This document shows positions 51,110 to 61,952 of a stretch of 64,000 nucleotides of DNA, one piece after another. The position numbers and the translations under genes are program-made. This DNA is from Prorocentrum cordatum (Eukaryota). Below the pieces are notes generated by a model. The model made no database searches. It saw nothing but the letters and a program-made list of their open reading frames with translations, and was not told where the DNA came from. Each line of letters begins with the position of its first letter. Position 1 is the first letter of the stretch. The stretch is from contig CAUYUJ010000279.1 in the NCBI GenBank assembly GCA_963575745.1, forward strand, positions 1-64,000, read 5' to 3'.

Positions 51110-51721
51110 TCCTCCCCCTTCTCCTCCTCCGCCTCCTCCTCCTCCTCCTCCTCCTCCTCCTCCTCCTCCTCCTCCTCCTCCTCCTCCTCCTCCTCCTCCT
51201 CCTCCTCCTCCTCCTCCTCCTCCTCCTGCTACTCCTCCTCCTCCTCCTCCTCCTCCTCCTCCTCCTCCTCCTCCTCCTCCTCCTCCTCCTGCTGCTCCTC
51301 CTCCTCCTTCTGACGTTGCATATACTTGAGGCCATTTCCCCGGGACCGGCTTCTCATTCTGAGCCCATGGCTGACGGCCCCGAGGCCCGGTGTAAGAGCC
51401 GCTGGAGGCCGAAAATCGTGGAAAAGGCCCGCCGTGCTTGTTGTTCCGGGCTCGAGGGGGCCCGAGCTTCCTCCTCCAGGAGGCAGGCAGGCAAGACGCC
51501 GACGTGGGACCGCTGCCCGTGCCCTGAATGGGGGCACCAGCCTCCCTTCCCCTGTGAGGCCGGCTTCAAGAAGAGGGAAACGGCGAGCGAGCTCCCCCAC
51601 GGAGCCGCACGCCGAGCGCGCGCGGGCGGCCCCTGCAGCTTGCTCGGCTGCGAGGCCGGCCCAGCCCCGAGGAGCGGGCCCGGAACCCCGGGGGCCCTGC
51701 ACCGAGAACCCCCATCGGCTG

Positions 51722-51901
51722 CACGCAGGAGTGGCCCTGGGTAAGAGTGACCCTTGGTGCGCGGCTTTTGGGGGGCCGCGGGGGGGGGGGGGGGCAAACA
51801 CGCAAGCGCGCAAGACGCCGCTGCCGCCTCGCGTTCGGAGATCGAGGTGCCCCAGTGGGCCCGCGCCAGAGGTCACTCCGGCGAAGGGTCACTCTTGCGT
51901 G
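51722..51901. mobile_element. 180-bp MITE, CAC...GTG termini, 2-bp TSD TG (CMC/EnSpm-like)
   Basis: CACGCAGGAGTGGCCCT...GAGTGACCCT versus AGGTCACTCC...AGGGTCACTCTTGCGTG. Confidence 0.65.
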
Positions 51902-52721
51902 TGGTCGACCCCAGACAGCGGACGGCTGGGCCGGGCGATCGACGGCTCGGCTGGATTGGCCATCTGCTGGACCGACGGCTCGGCGCATCGACGGGCGGCC
52001 GGACGGCACATAGACGGATCGACGGGCGGCTGGACGACAGATCGGGGCCCCGACCAGCGGGGTGTGGGTCTCGTGAGGGCCGAGGTCCGCGCAAGGCCCC
52101 GACTCAGGGGGGGCACAAAGGTGGGGCAGGGGCACAAAGGTGGGGCAGGGGGCAGGGGTGGGGCTGGAGGAAGATCGCCCCACACGGCCCCTGGAAGAAA
52201 GAAACTTGAGCGGCGATCAAAAACGGGTCGTGCACGAGACGACACAGCGATCTTACGCGGTGGCTCACGCGGGCCGCCAGCACTGAGCGCTACTTTGGAG
52301 ACGAGGGCGCTTACGCACGACCCTGCGAGGGCAGCTTACGCGCCAATGTCGACGCAGACGACCTCGTTTTTCCAGGGTCGCTCACTTGGGCATCCAGCTG
52401 GGTCCGTCCCCTAGCCACACCTTGGGATAACACCCCCCTCTACGAACACTAGCATGGGGGAAACGGTCCTAGGCCCCAAGAGCTTCCCCCAGGACCACTT
52501 GTTCATCCTGAGTCGTTTTCTGATACTCAAGGGCCCGGCGAAGAGCCCCGAGAGCCCGAAAACGTCGAGAAAACCTCAGGACCCGTTTCCCTCAGGACTC
52601 GCCGTTCTCTATGGCGATGGGACTACGCCCTACGCCCCCTCTCCTATACTAGGAGAGCAAACAATGACATAAACATAAAAATTCGGAGGTCCGAGTTTTT
52701 CCCGAATCAGAGCTTGCCTCT

Positions 52722-53033
52722 GTAGCCCTATAGCCCTAGAGCCCTATAGCCCTATGGCCCAATAGCCCAATAGCCCTATAGCCCTATAGCAATATAGCCC
52801 TGTAGCACTATAGCCCCATAGCCCCATAGCCCTATAGCCCTATAGCCCTACAGCCCTATAGCCCAATAGCCCTATAGCCCTATAGCCCTGAAGACCTATA
52901 GCCCTATGGTGCTATAGCCCTATAGCCCTATAACCCTATAGCCCTACAGCCCCATAGCCCCATAGCCCGATTGCCCTATTGCCCTACAGCCCTATAGCCC
53001 TAGAGCCCTAGAGCCCTAGAGCCCTAGAGCCCC
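52722..53033. repeat. 8-bp satellite (TAGCCCTA)n
   Basis: Directly visible. Confidence 0.95.
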
Positions 53034-53503
53034 ATGGCCCCCCAGAAGATTCTGAGCAGGATTTCTCCCCGGGATCATTCTGCTCATGTCATTCTCCCTT
53101 CTCCTATCACCGATCACCGCCGACCGCCGATCAGACCTCCAACTTCTCGAGAGGAGGAGGAGGAGGAGGAGGAGGAGGAGGAGGAGGAGGAGGAGGAGGA
53201 GGAGGAGGAGGAGGAGGAGGAGGAGGAGGAGGAGGAGGAGAGGAGGAGGAGGGAGGAGGAGGAGGAGGAGGAGGAGGAGGAGGAGGAGGAGGAGCCCCCG
53301 ACCCATCCGCCGATCACCGCCGACCGCCGGACCCGACCGGACCTCCCGCGCCGCAATGGCATCGGGCCGCTGGAGGCGCGCAGCTCGGCAGGCCGTCGGA
53401 GCTGGAGAGAGAGAGAGGCACCCACGGGGCCGACGACAAAGACGACGACGACGACGACAAAGATGACGACGGCGACAAAGACGACGACAAAGACGACGAC
53501 AAA

Positions 53504-53544
<41 letters not shown>

Positions 53545-53880
53545 ATCGGACCGCCGGAGGCACGGGGCCTGGCAGGCGGCCGGAGCTCGAGAGGGGGAGG
53601 CCCAGGCCGGGCAGAGAGGCGCGCAGCGTTTCGCGCGGTCGCTCCGCAGGGGGCCCGCCCGCCGCGCGCGCGCGCCTGCTCGTCCGTGCCGCCGCGGCGC
53701 AGCGGGGAGAGGCAGGAGACGGGCGAGCCCACAGGTGGAGGAGGAGCGAGGGAGCGAGGGAGAGAGAGAGAGAGAGCGCGAGAGCGCGAGAGTGCTCGCT
53801 TGACGGTCTCGGGGCCCAGCGAGGGCCCCTGGGGCCGAACAGAAAGAGATCTATATATATACATATAGAGAGAGGGAGAG

Positions 53881-53927
<47 letters not shown>

Positions 53928-54209
53928 CACGAACCAACAAAAACAAACAAAGAAGGGAGAGATGTGCGGCCACCGCCCTCCTGATCAGCCTCGGTGCCGC
54001 TCCGTAACTCCCCTCCCTCACCCCCAGGGATGCCGCCTCGCGGCCTCGGCCCCAGGCGACCCCACCTCCGCGGGCTGCAAGCACCAAAGGACGAGGAGGA
54101 AACCTTGGTTATTCTTTCTGGCAGCTCCTCCTCCTCCTCCTCCTCCTCCTCCTCCCTCCTCCTCCTCCTCCTCCTCCTCCTCCTTCTCCTCCTCCTCCTC
54201 CTCCTCCTC

Positions 54210-54251
<42 letters not shown>

Positions 54252-54433
54252 CTCCTCCTCTCCTCCTCCCTCTCTGCCTCTCCTCCCTCTCCTCCTCCTC
54301 CTCCTCCTCCTCCTCTCCTCCTCCTCCTCCTCCTCCTCTCCTCCTCCTCCTCCTCCCTCCTCCTCCTTCTCCTACACCGCCGTCCTCCTGCCCATCGTAC
54401 GCAGCTCGACGGAGACCTGCCCTGGCAGACTCT

Positions 54434-56588
54434 GGCACGGCGCACGCGCAAGCGAGGTCAGGGTGTCATCGCCAGGCCGAAGCCTCCCCTCGGAGATTTT
54501 TGGGTGCCTCGCCTCGGTGTCTCCGTCGGCGCGCAGCGCGGCACGGCGCACGCGCAAGCGAGGCCAGGGTGGCATCGCCAGGCCGAAGCCTCCCCTCGGA
54601 GATTTTTGGGTGCCTCGCCTCGGTGTCTCCGTCGGCGCGCAGCGCGGCACGGCGCACGCGCAAGCGAGGTCAGGGTGGCATCGCTAGGCCGAAGCCTCCC
54701 CTCGGAGATTTTTGGGTGTATGTCATCGGTGTCTCCGTCCGGCCGCGCAGAGTGTGGCGCGGGGGCACGGCCGCACAGCGCAAGCTAGGTCAGGGTGGCA
54801 TGCCAAGGCCGAAGCCTCCCCTCGGAGATTGTTGGGTGCCTCGGCCTCGGTGTCTCCCGTCGGCGCGCAGCGCGGCACGGCGCGCGCGAAAGCGAGGTCA
54901 GGGTGGCATCGCTAGGCCGAAAGGCCTCCCCTCGGAGATTCCTTGTGTGCCTCGCCTCGGTGTCTCCGTCGGCGCGCAGCGCGGCACGGCGCGCGCGCAA
55001 GCGAGGTCAGGGTGGCATCACCAGGCCGAAGCCTCCCCTCGGAGATTTTTGGGCGCCTCGCCTCGGTGTCTCCGTCGGCGCGCAGCGCGGCACGGCGCGC
55101 GCGAAAGCGAGGTCAGGGTGGCATCGCTAGGCCGAAGCCTCCCCTCGGAGATCCTTGGGCGCCTCGCCTCGGTGTCTCCGTCGGCGCGCAGCGCGGCACG
55201 GCGCACGCGCAAGCGAGGTCAGGGTGGCATCGCTAGGCCGAAGCCTCCCCTCGGAGATTTTTGGGCGCCTCGCCTCGGCGTCTCCGTCGGCGCGCAGCGC
55301 GGCACGGCGCGCGCGCAAGCGAGGTCAGGGTGGCATCGCTAGGCCGAAGCCTCCCCTCGGAGATCCTCGGGCGCCTCGCCTCGGTGTCTCCGTCGGCGCG
55401 CAGCGCGGCGCGGCGCGCGCGCAAGCGAGGTCAGGGTGGCATCGCTCGGCCGAAGCCTCCCCTCGGAGATTTTTGGGCGCCTCGCCTCGGTGTCTCCGTC
55501 GGCGCGCAGCGCGGCACGGCGCGCGCGCAAGCGAGGTCAGGGCGGCATCGCCAGGCCGAAGCCTCCCCTCGAAGATTTTTGGGTGCCTCGCCTCGGTGTC
55601 TCCGTCGGCGCGCAGCGCGGCACGGCGCGCGCGCACGCGAGGTCAGGGTGGCATCGCTAGGCCGAAGCCTCCCCTCGGAGATCCTTGGGCGCCTCGCCTC
55701 GGTGTCTCCGTCGGCGCGCAGCGCGCACGGCGCCGCGCAAGCGAGTCCTGGTGGCAATCGCCATGCCGAAGAGCCTCCCCTTCGGAGATCCTTGGTGCCT
55801 CGCCTCGGTGTCTCCGTCGGAGCGCGCGCGGACGGCGCACTGCGCAATCGGAGGTCAGGGTGGCATCAGGGTGGCATCGCCAGGCCGAAGCCTCCCCTCG
55901 GAGATCTTTGGGTGCCTCGCCTCGGTGTCTCCGTCGGCGCGCAGCGCGGCACGGCGCACGCGAAAGCGAGGTCAGGGTGGCATCGCTAGGCCGAAGCCTC
56001 CCCTCAGAGATCCTTGGGTGCCTCACCTCGGTGTCTCCGTCGGCGCGCAGCGCGGCACGGCGCACGCGCAAGCGAAGTCAGGGTGGCATCGCTAGGCCGA
56101 AGCCTCCCCTCGGAGATTTTTGGGTGCCTTGCCTCGGTGTCTCCGTCGGCGCGCAGCGCGGCACGGCGCGCGCGCAAGCGAAGTCAGGGTGGCATCGCTA
56201 GGCCGAAGCCTCCCCTCGGAGATTTTTGGGTGCCTCGCCTCGGTGTCTCCGTCGGCGCGCAGCGCGGCACGGCGCACGCGCAAGCGAGGTCAGGGTGGCA
56301 TCGCCAGGCCGAAGCCTCCCCTCGGAGATCCTTGGGTGCCTCGCCTCGGTGTCTCCGTCGGAGCGCAGCGCGGCACGGCGCACGCGCAAGCGAGGTCAGG
56401 GTGGCATCGCCAGGCCGAAGCCTCCCCTCGGAGATCCCCGGGTGCCTCGCCTCGGTGTGTCCGTCGGCGCGCAGCGCGGCACGGCGCACGCGCAAGCGAG
56501 GTCAGGGTGGCATCACCAGGCCGAAGCCTCCCCTCGGAGATCCCCGGGTGCCTCGCCTCGGTGCCTCCGTGGGCGCGCAGCGCGGCGG
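54434..56588. repeat. 106-bp GC-rich satellite, ~20 copies
   Basis: Unit GGCACGGCGCACGCGCAAGCGAGGTCAGGGTGGCATCGCTAGGCCGAAGCCTCCCCTCGGAGAT...GGCGCGCAGCGC. ORFs recur every 106 bp. Confidence 0.97.
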
Positions 56589-57549
56589 CTGGGGCGGGGG
56601 CCCAGAGGGCGGCAAACCAGGCTGGGCCCTGGGGCTTCCCGGCTCGCCGCCCCTCCGCCGGCTCCGGGAGCGCTGCCGAGGGCGGCCGCGCGGGCGGCAC
56701 GTGCACCGTCACCCTCCTGCGCTGCCCGTGCCGGGCTGACATGTACTGCCTCGGTCTAGCAGCCTTTCGTGGCCTCTGGCGGCCTTTAGCGTATCATTAG
56801 CGGCCTCTAGTGGCCTTTCGTCGCCATCGGGGAGCCTCTCGCTGCCCTCAGCGGCCCTGAGCAGCACGGAGTTTTGCCTTCGGCGGCCCTGTGGTAGCCT
56901 CTGCAGAAGCGCAGGGAAGTGCACAGTGGATTTCTTTTTCCAGTGTCTGCCTATCTCCCCCTCCTGACCAGGAGTCAGGGGACTGGCGCATCATGGTCCG
57001 GGGACTGTGCGCGGACGAGGGGGACGCCTTTAAGCAGGAGGGGGCCGTAACCTCTGGGAGAACTCACAGCTCCGGCCGTGATGCAGACGGGAACTGTGGC
57101 TTAACGCGTCGAGGCGGCGGCCAAGGCGACACACGATGCCCTGCTTGCGGATAGCGTGTCGCTCCGCTCCGCGGGGCTGGGGGCCGTTGACGCTCGGGAG
57201 CTGCAGCGTTGATACCGTGTCGCGCCGAAGCGCAGTGGGTCAGAACCGGCGGCGCGATGCGCCAAGCCAAAGCTCCCGACCGTATCCGTGCTCACCCCTT
57301 TCACTGAACCTCCTCCCCCTCCCCCTCCTCCTCCTCCTCCTCCTCCTCCTCCTCCTCCTCCTCCTCCTCCTCCTCCTCCTCCTCCTCCTCCTCCTCCTCC
57401 CCTCGTCGGCGCCCCTGGGGCCGGCAGCGGCAGCGGCCGGAGCACGAGCGAGAGAGCAGGACTCGGCACCGGAGGGAGGGGAGGGGGAGGAGGGACCAGG
57501 TAGAAGGGCGAGGACGAGGACGCGAAGAGCAAGGAGGATAACTCATGGA

Positions 57550-57703
57550 CCCAGACCCCCTCGCGTCGTGACAAAAATTCCGACGTGAGGTTTGTCGCTA
57601 TTTTCGGCCTCTGGGGGCCGTCGCTGGGCCTCGGGACTGTCATACAACGGTTCAGGAAGGATGCAACACCGGCCCCTGGGGAAGGGGTCCACACCTCAGG
57701 GGG
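57550..57703 (-). mobile_element. CCCAG-family MITE, truncated, at the point where the LINE breaks off
   Basis: CCCAGACCCCCTCGCG start is shared with the 40596 copy. The other terminus is missing. Confidence 0.7.
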
Positions 57704-58308
57704 GCGGGACGAGCCCGATGGGCCTCGGGCCTCGGACCACGCGGACCTTCATGGGCAGGTCCTGGGCCTGCACCGTGGCCGCCACAGGGAGGTGCGGTGC
57801 CGCAGCGCCCTCCTCGAACACCTGCAGCTTGCCCAACCGCGGCGCCAGGTTGGCTGCGTACAGGAAGTATTCGATGGCGGAACACACGCCGACCCGCAGC
57901 CTGCAGGTAGCCGTGTCGGGCGCCGCCCACAGCCCTCGCGCGTCGTGGACCAGCTGCATGGGGGATGTCTTCGCCGACACGTTGAAGTCGCCGCCCACGA
58001 CCCAGAGCCAGGACAGGGCAGTCCAGGAAAGGAGGGCTGGTGACGACGACGTGGGTCCGCGCCAAGACCGCTACACCGCCAGAGGCGCCGTCGCTCCCGC
58101 GGGCGCCTGCGGCGGCTGCGGCCCACGCGCCCGCGTAGCCGTGGTTCAGCATGGTGCGCTGCAAGGTGGCCAGCCTGTCGTGGCCCCTGGCGTGGTGCTC
58201 CTGGACCAGCAGCACCACGGCGTCGGAGCGCTGGCGCAACCCCTCTACACACGGCGCCAAGGAACCACCCGCCGTGACACTCAAGGCAACGATGCTGCTT
58301 TTCTCCAT
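57696..58308 (-). pseudogene. LINE ORF2 N-terminus: APE/EEP endonuclease (frameshifted, apparently internally deleted, 3'-truncated)
   Basis: VLLVQEHH, SGGVAVLAR, GGDFN, AIEYFL and APHLPV correspond to the EEP motifs QE, GVA, GDFN, IDY and SDHxPV, in the expected order. Confidence 0.85.
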
Positions 58309-58654
58309 GGCCGGGAACCACGCGCTGAGGACCGGCAGCGCCGCAAGAAGGCTGGAAGCCGCCGCGGGCCAACGCGGTGCAGCGGGCTCGCACAGCCGCA
58401 TCGTCGCCCTCGTGCTCCAGTCCGACTTTCTGCAGGTGCTGCTGGAGCTGCTCGAGGAGCTCCTGGTGGGGCTGCCACGGCCTCGCATCCTCCGCGCCAG
58501 CAGCCGCTGCTGCCGACTGCTGGGCGGCGGCGACAGCAGGCGATGGGCCGCCGCCCGCGCTGCCGTCCGCGGACCCGTGCTCCTCGCCCTCGGCCGCTGG
58601 CCCAGCACACCCGCCATCCGCTTCTGTGCCTCTGCTGGGGCAGGCTGCTCGTCG

Positions 58655-59584
58655 TCAGGGTGCTCGGCCAACTGCGCCCGCATGATGGCCCCCAGCTCCC
58701 CGACCGCGATGCCCAAGCCCGCCGATGACGTCCGACGCCATGGCCTGGCCAGCCGCGCGGGGAGAAGGCACCTGCGGGGCCTGCTGCTGGAGCGCAGCCA
58801 GCTCCGCCTGCAGCGCCGCCTGTTGCGCGAGGAGCTCGGCGCGTGCCTGCTCCGTGCGCTGCACCTCCTCCTGCGCCCTCTGGAGCGCCTCCTTGGCCTT
58901 GCGCATCTCGCCGTCCGCCCTGTGCAGCCGCTCGGCGCACCGCTTGGCCTTGTTGGCGATGGCATGCGTCCTGGCGTGGAGCGGCTTGTTGGCGAACCGA
59001 TTGGCCTTCGCCTTCTCGAGCCGGGCGCGCAACTCGTAGCGCGGCGCCTCGGCCCAGTCCGCTGCCACGTCCCTGAGCGCATGGAGGCCAGCCTCGCGCT
59101 CCTTGACATCGGCGGCCAGGGCCGCGTCGTCCGCGCCGGCGGCGGTGCCGTCGTCGACCACCATGTCCTGGGCCGCCGCGAGCTGCGGGCCCACGCCGCC
59201 AGCGCCGCTGGCGACCTTGAGCTGCTTCTTGAGGTCCTGGAGCTCCCGCTGCGCCTGCGCCAGCTGCACCGCGAGCGGAGACCCTCCAGCCCATGGCGGG
59301 GCCTTGCCGCTCGCCGCCGCAGGCTGCCGCGCCGCCTTGCCAGGCGGGGGCAGTGGCACATTCGCCCCGAAGCACGTGTGCTTGGTCAGCCTGCACGCCT
59401 GGCACTCGAGCGCCGTCCCCCAGTTGACCACCGCACGCCCACGCTTGCTGACGCAGGTCTTGCAGGTCCAGTCCTGGCGCACGGCCCCTTTGGCGCGCGG
59501 TCCCCCGCCCGCCATCTGGTGGCCCTCGGGGGGGGCCGAGACGATGTGGAATCGGGCGGCAGCTCGCCCCTGTGGATGCTGCAA
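58655..59584 (-). CDS. LINE ORF1-like protein: RanBP2-like C4 zinc finger plus coiled coil; probable frameshift near the C-terminus
   Basis: WTCKTC-x9-N-x6-CQAC, followed by helical segments such as QLAQAQRELQDLKKQLK and KAKEALQRAQEEVQRTEQARAELLAQQAALQAELAALQQQ. Lies between the SL and the APE. Confidence 0.7.
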   Translation of the reverse strand: MQHPQGRAAARFHIVSAPPEGHQMAGGGPRAKGAVRQDWTCKTCVSKRGRAVVNWGTALECQACRLTKHTCFGANVPLPPPGKAARQPAAASGKAPPWAGGSPLAVQLAQAQRELQDLKKQLKVASGAGGVGPQLAAAQDMVVDDGTAAGADDAALAADVKEREAGLHALRDVAADWAEAPRYELRARLEKAKANRFANKPLHARTHAIANKAKRCAERLHRADGEMRKAKEALQRAQEEVQRTEQARAELLAQQAALQAELAALQQQAPQVPSPRAAGQAMASDVIGGLGHRGRGAGGHHAGAVGRAP

Positions 59585-59654
59585 TGCTGCAAGAACACGG
59601 ATACGCTGGATGGGAGCCTACGCCACTGAGGCAGTGATGGAAGCGCCATTTGGC

Positions 59655-59676
59655 CTTGAGCCAAAATGGCTACGGA
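59655..59676 (-). other. Exact dinoflagellate spliced leader TCCGTAGCCATTTTGGCTCAAG in genomic DNA
   Basis: 22/22 match to DinoSL. It is followed by GCC rather than an SL-gene GT intron, so it is a retro-copied relic. Confidence 0.97.
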
Positions 59677-60370
59677 GGAGGAGGGACGAGGACGAGGAGG
59701 AAATCAGGAAGAGGAGGAGAGCGGCGACGAGGAAGACAATGATGACGAGACCCCAGCGCGCAGGAGGACGTCCGGCGCGTAGGGTGCGGGCGTGTCACGT
59801 CAGCACCAGCACGGCGGTCGCCCGCACGTCGGCGGAGGAAGCCCCGACCTGTGGGGGGGCGGGGGGGGGGCAGGTAGCGCACGGGGGGGCAAAAGGGGGG
59901 GGGGGGCTAGATGAGAGGGGGGGGGAGGGGTCGGAATGCGGAGGTGGATGGGGGAAGGGGGGGGATGGGGGGGACGGGGGGGAGGGATGGGACTGCGGGG
60001 GGGAAGGAGGGCAGCGGGGGGGGGGTGGGGGGGCGCAAACCGGAGTGCCTCCTGACGGCAGATGCCGACCAGGAGGTTCTGTGGGCCAAGGGGCGGCAAG
60101 CCAGCTGGAGCGGATTGCTGCGGCAGGCCTTGCCAAACCCCGCGACTGGCCGCAGAAGTCCAGGCGGCCGTGACCGCTCAAGGGTGCGGCACAGGCGGGG
60201 CGACGACATGCGGCAGGGCGGAGGGGGCGGGGAGGAAAAGCCAAACGAGTGGCCTCCCTTCGGGGGGGGGGGCGGCATAGTTATGGGTGGGCTCACCCGT
60301 CCTAGGGCGCTTGCCCTGTTCGACACGTCTCCCGTGCGTGTTCTGATGGGCGAAGTTGCGATGGTTTTGT

Positions 60371-60480
<110 letters not shown>

Positions 60481-60580
60481 NNNNNNNNNNNNNNNNNNNN
60501 NNNNNNNNNNNNNNNNNNNNNNNNNNNNNNNNNNNNNNNNNNNNNNNNNNNNNNNNNNNNNNNNNNNNNNNNNNNNNNNN
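60481..60580. other. Assembly gap (100 N) between (GTT)n and (CCT)n
   Basis: Run of N. Confidence 1.
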
Positions 60581-60623
60581 CCTCCTCCTCCTCCTCCTCC
60601 TCCTCCTCCTCCTCCTCCTCCTC

Positions 60624-60998
60624 GGACCCTGCGCTCAGGGTCCGCCCGAGGGCGCGGGAGGCCCCGGGATCGACGGGGGGGCTGGACTCCAAGACACACG
60701 GTCGGCGGCCTCTCGCAGGCCAGCCGCGCGGCCTCGGAGCGCACCACCTCCTCCTCCTCCTACCTCATCCTCTCTTTCCCCCCTCCTCCTCCTCCTCCTC
60801 CTCCTCCTCCCCCTCCCCCATCCTCGTGTTCCTCCTCCTCCTCCTCCTCCTCCTCCTCCTCCTCCTCCTCCTCCTCCTAGGACCCTGCGCCAGGGTCCGC
60901 CGAGGGCGTGGGAGGCCCCTGTGTCGACAGGGGGGGTTGGACTCCCAAGACGCGGTCGGCGGCCTCTCGCAGGCCAGCCGCGCGGCCTCGGAGCGCAG
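60624..60998. repeat. Two ~120-bp direct copies separated by (CCT)n
   Basis: GGACCCTGCGC..CAGGGTCCGCCCGAGGGCG...GGCCTCGGAGCGCA at ~60624 and ~60880. Confidence 0.85.
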
Positions 60999-61323
60999 AA
61001 CCGAGAAGGAGGAGGAGGAGATGGAGTAGGAGTAGGAGTAGGAGTAGTAGTAGGAGAAGAAGGAGGATGAGGAGGAGGAAGAGGAGGAGGAGGAGGGAGG
61101 AGGAGGAGGAGGAGGGACGAGGAGGAGGAGGAGGAGGAGGAGGAGGAGGAGGAGGATCCCGAGGCCCCGAACCATCTGCTCACAGGCGACGCGCGCAGGG
61201 CGAAGGGAGACGGCTTCTCTCGCAGCTCCGCCCGCGAGGGGAGCCCCTCGAGAGACACCGCGCGGTGGACAGGGCGAGCCTGCCGCTCTGCCCGCGCCTC
61301 GATTGACAGAGCCTGCTGCTGTA

Positions 61324-61702
61324 CAGTCGGGGCGTTGACCTCAGGAACCCTAAATAAGGAACGAGGTCCCAGGCCCCCTCCAAGAGACCCCCAGGAAGCC
61401 CCAAGAGGCCCCCACGAGGCTTCCAAGCGGCCCCTAAGAGCTTCCCAAGAGGCCCACAAACTACCCCCAAGAGGCCTCCAAGAGCGCTCGTCGTCGTCGT
61501 CGTCGTCGTCGTCGCCATTCGGGGTCGGCGGCACCGGCCGTAAGGCCTTTGCAATAATAAGGAACGAGGCCCCTATTTTCCATAAGTTGCACTTCGATCT
61601 CGTACCGAAGGCCTGAGGAACATCTGAGGCAGGCTGCGAAGCAATCAAGGAACACGGAGCCCCTCCCCAACGAGAAGGGCTCCTTCTTCAGGGCCCCGAC
61701 TG
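61324..61702. mobile_element. Tc1/mariner-type MITE (176 bp) containing a 189-bp insertion with a 14-bp duplication
   Basis: TA|CAGTCGGGGC...GCCCCGACTG|TA. AATAAGGAACGAGG at 61353-61366 and 61556-61569. Confidence 0.88.
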
Positions 61703-61748
61703 TACCCCAGCGCTCGGGATCGGTGATCTGGATCCTGGAGTGAAAACA

Positions 61749-61952
61749 TGGCCCCCCAAAACTTGGCGACAAAAAATCAACCCGGGGGGGTTCCCGCTCC
61801 ACTCCTGACACGCCAACCCCGCTCCGACACGTCATCAAAAACGAAAGCCCCAAGACTTGGCCCCCCAAAACTTGGCGAACAAAATCAACCCTTGGGGTTT
61901 CCCGCCCAGCTTCCAACACGCCAACCCCGCTCCGACGCGTCATCAAAAAACG
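61749..61952. repeat. Tandem duplication of ~109 bp
   Basis: TGGCCCCCCAAAACTTGGCGA...ACACGCCAACCCCGCTCCGAC..GTCATCAAAAA occurs twice. Confidence 0.85.

Noticed and set aside
52183..52383. Possible ~200-bp MITE with CCCTGGAA/TTCCAGGG ends
   Set aside because: The TIR is short and imperfect, with no TSD and no second copy.
52722..53033. Telomeric repeat
   Set aside because: The 8-bp TAGCCCTA unit differs from the dinoflagellate TTTAGGG repeat and is internal.
59655..59676. SL RNA gene
   Set aside because: No GT donor or SL intron follows the AAG, and it is not in a tandem SL/5S unit.
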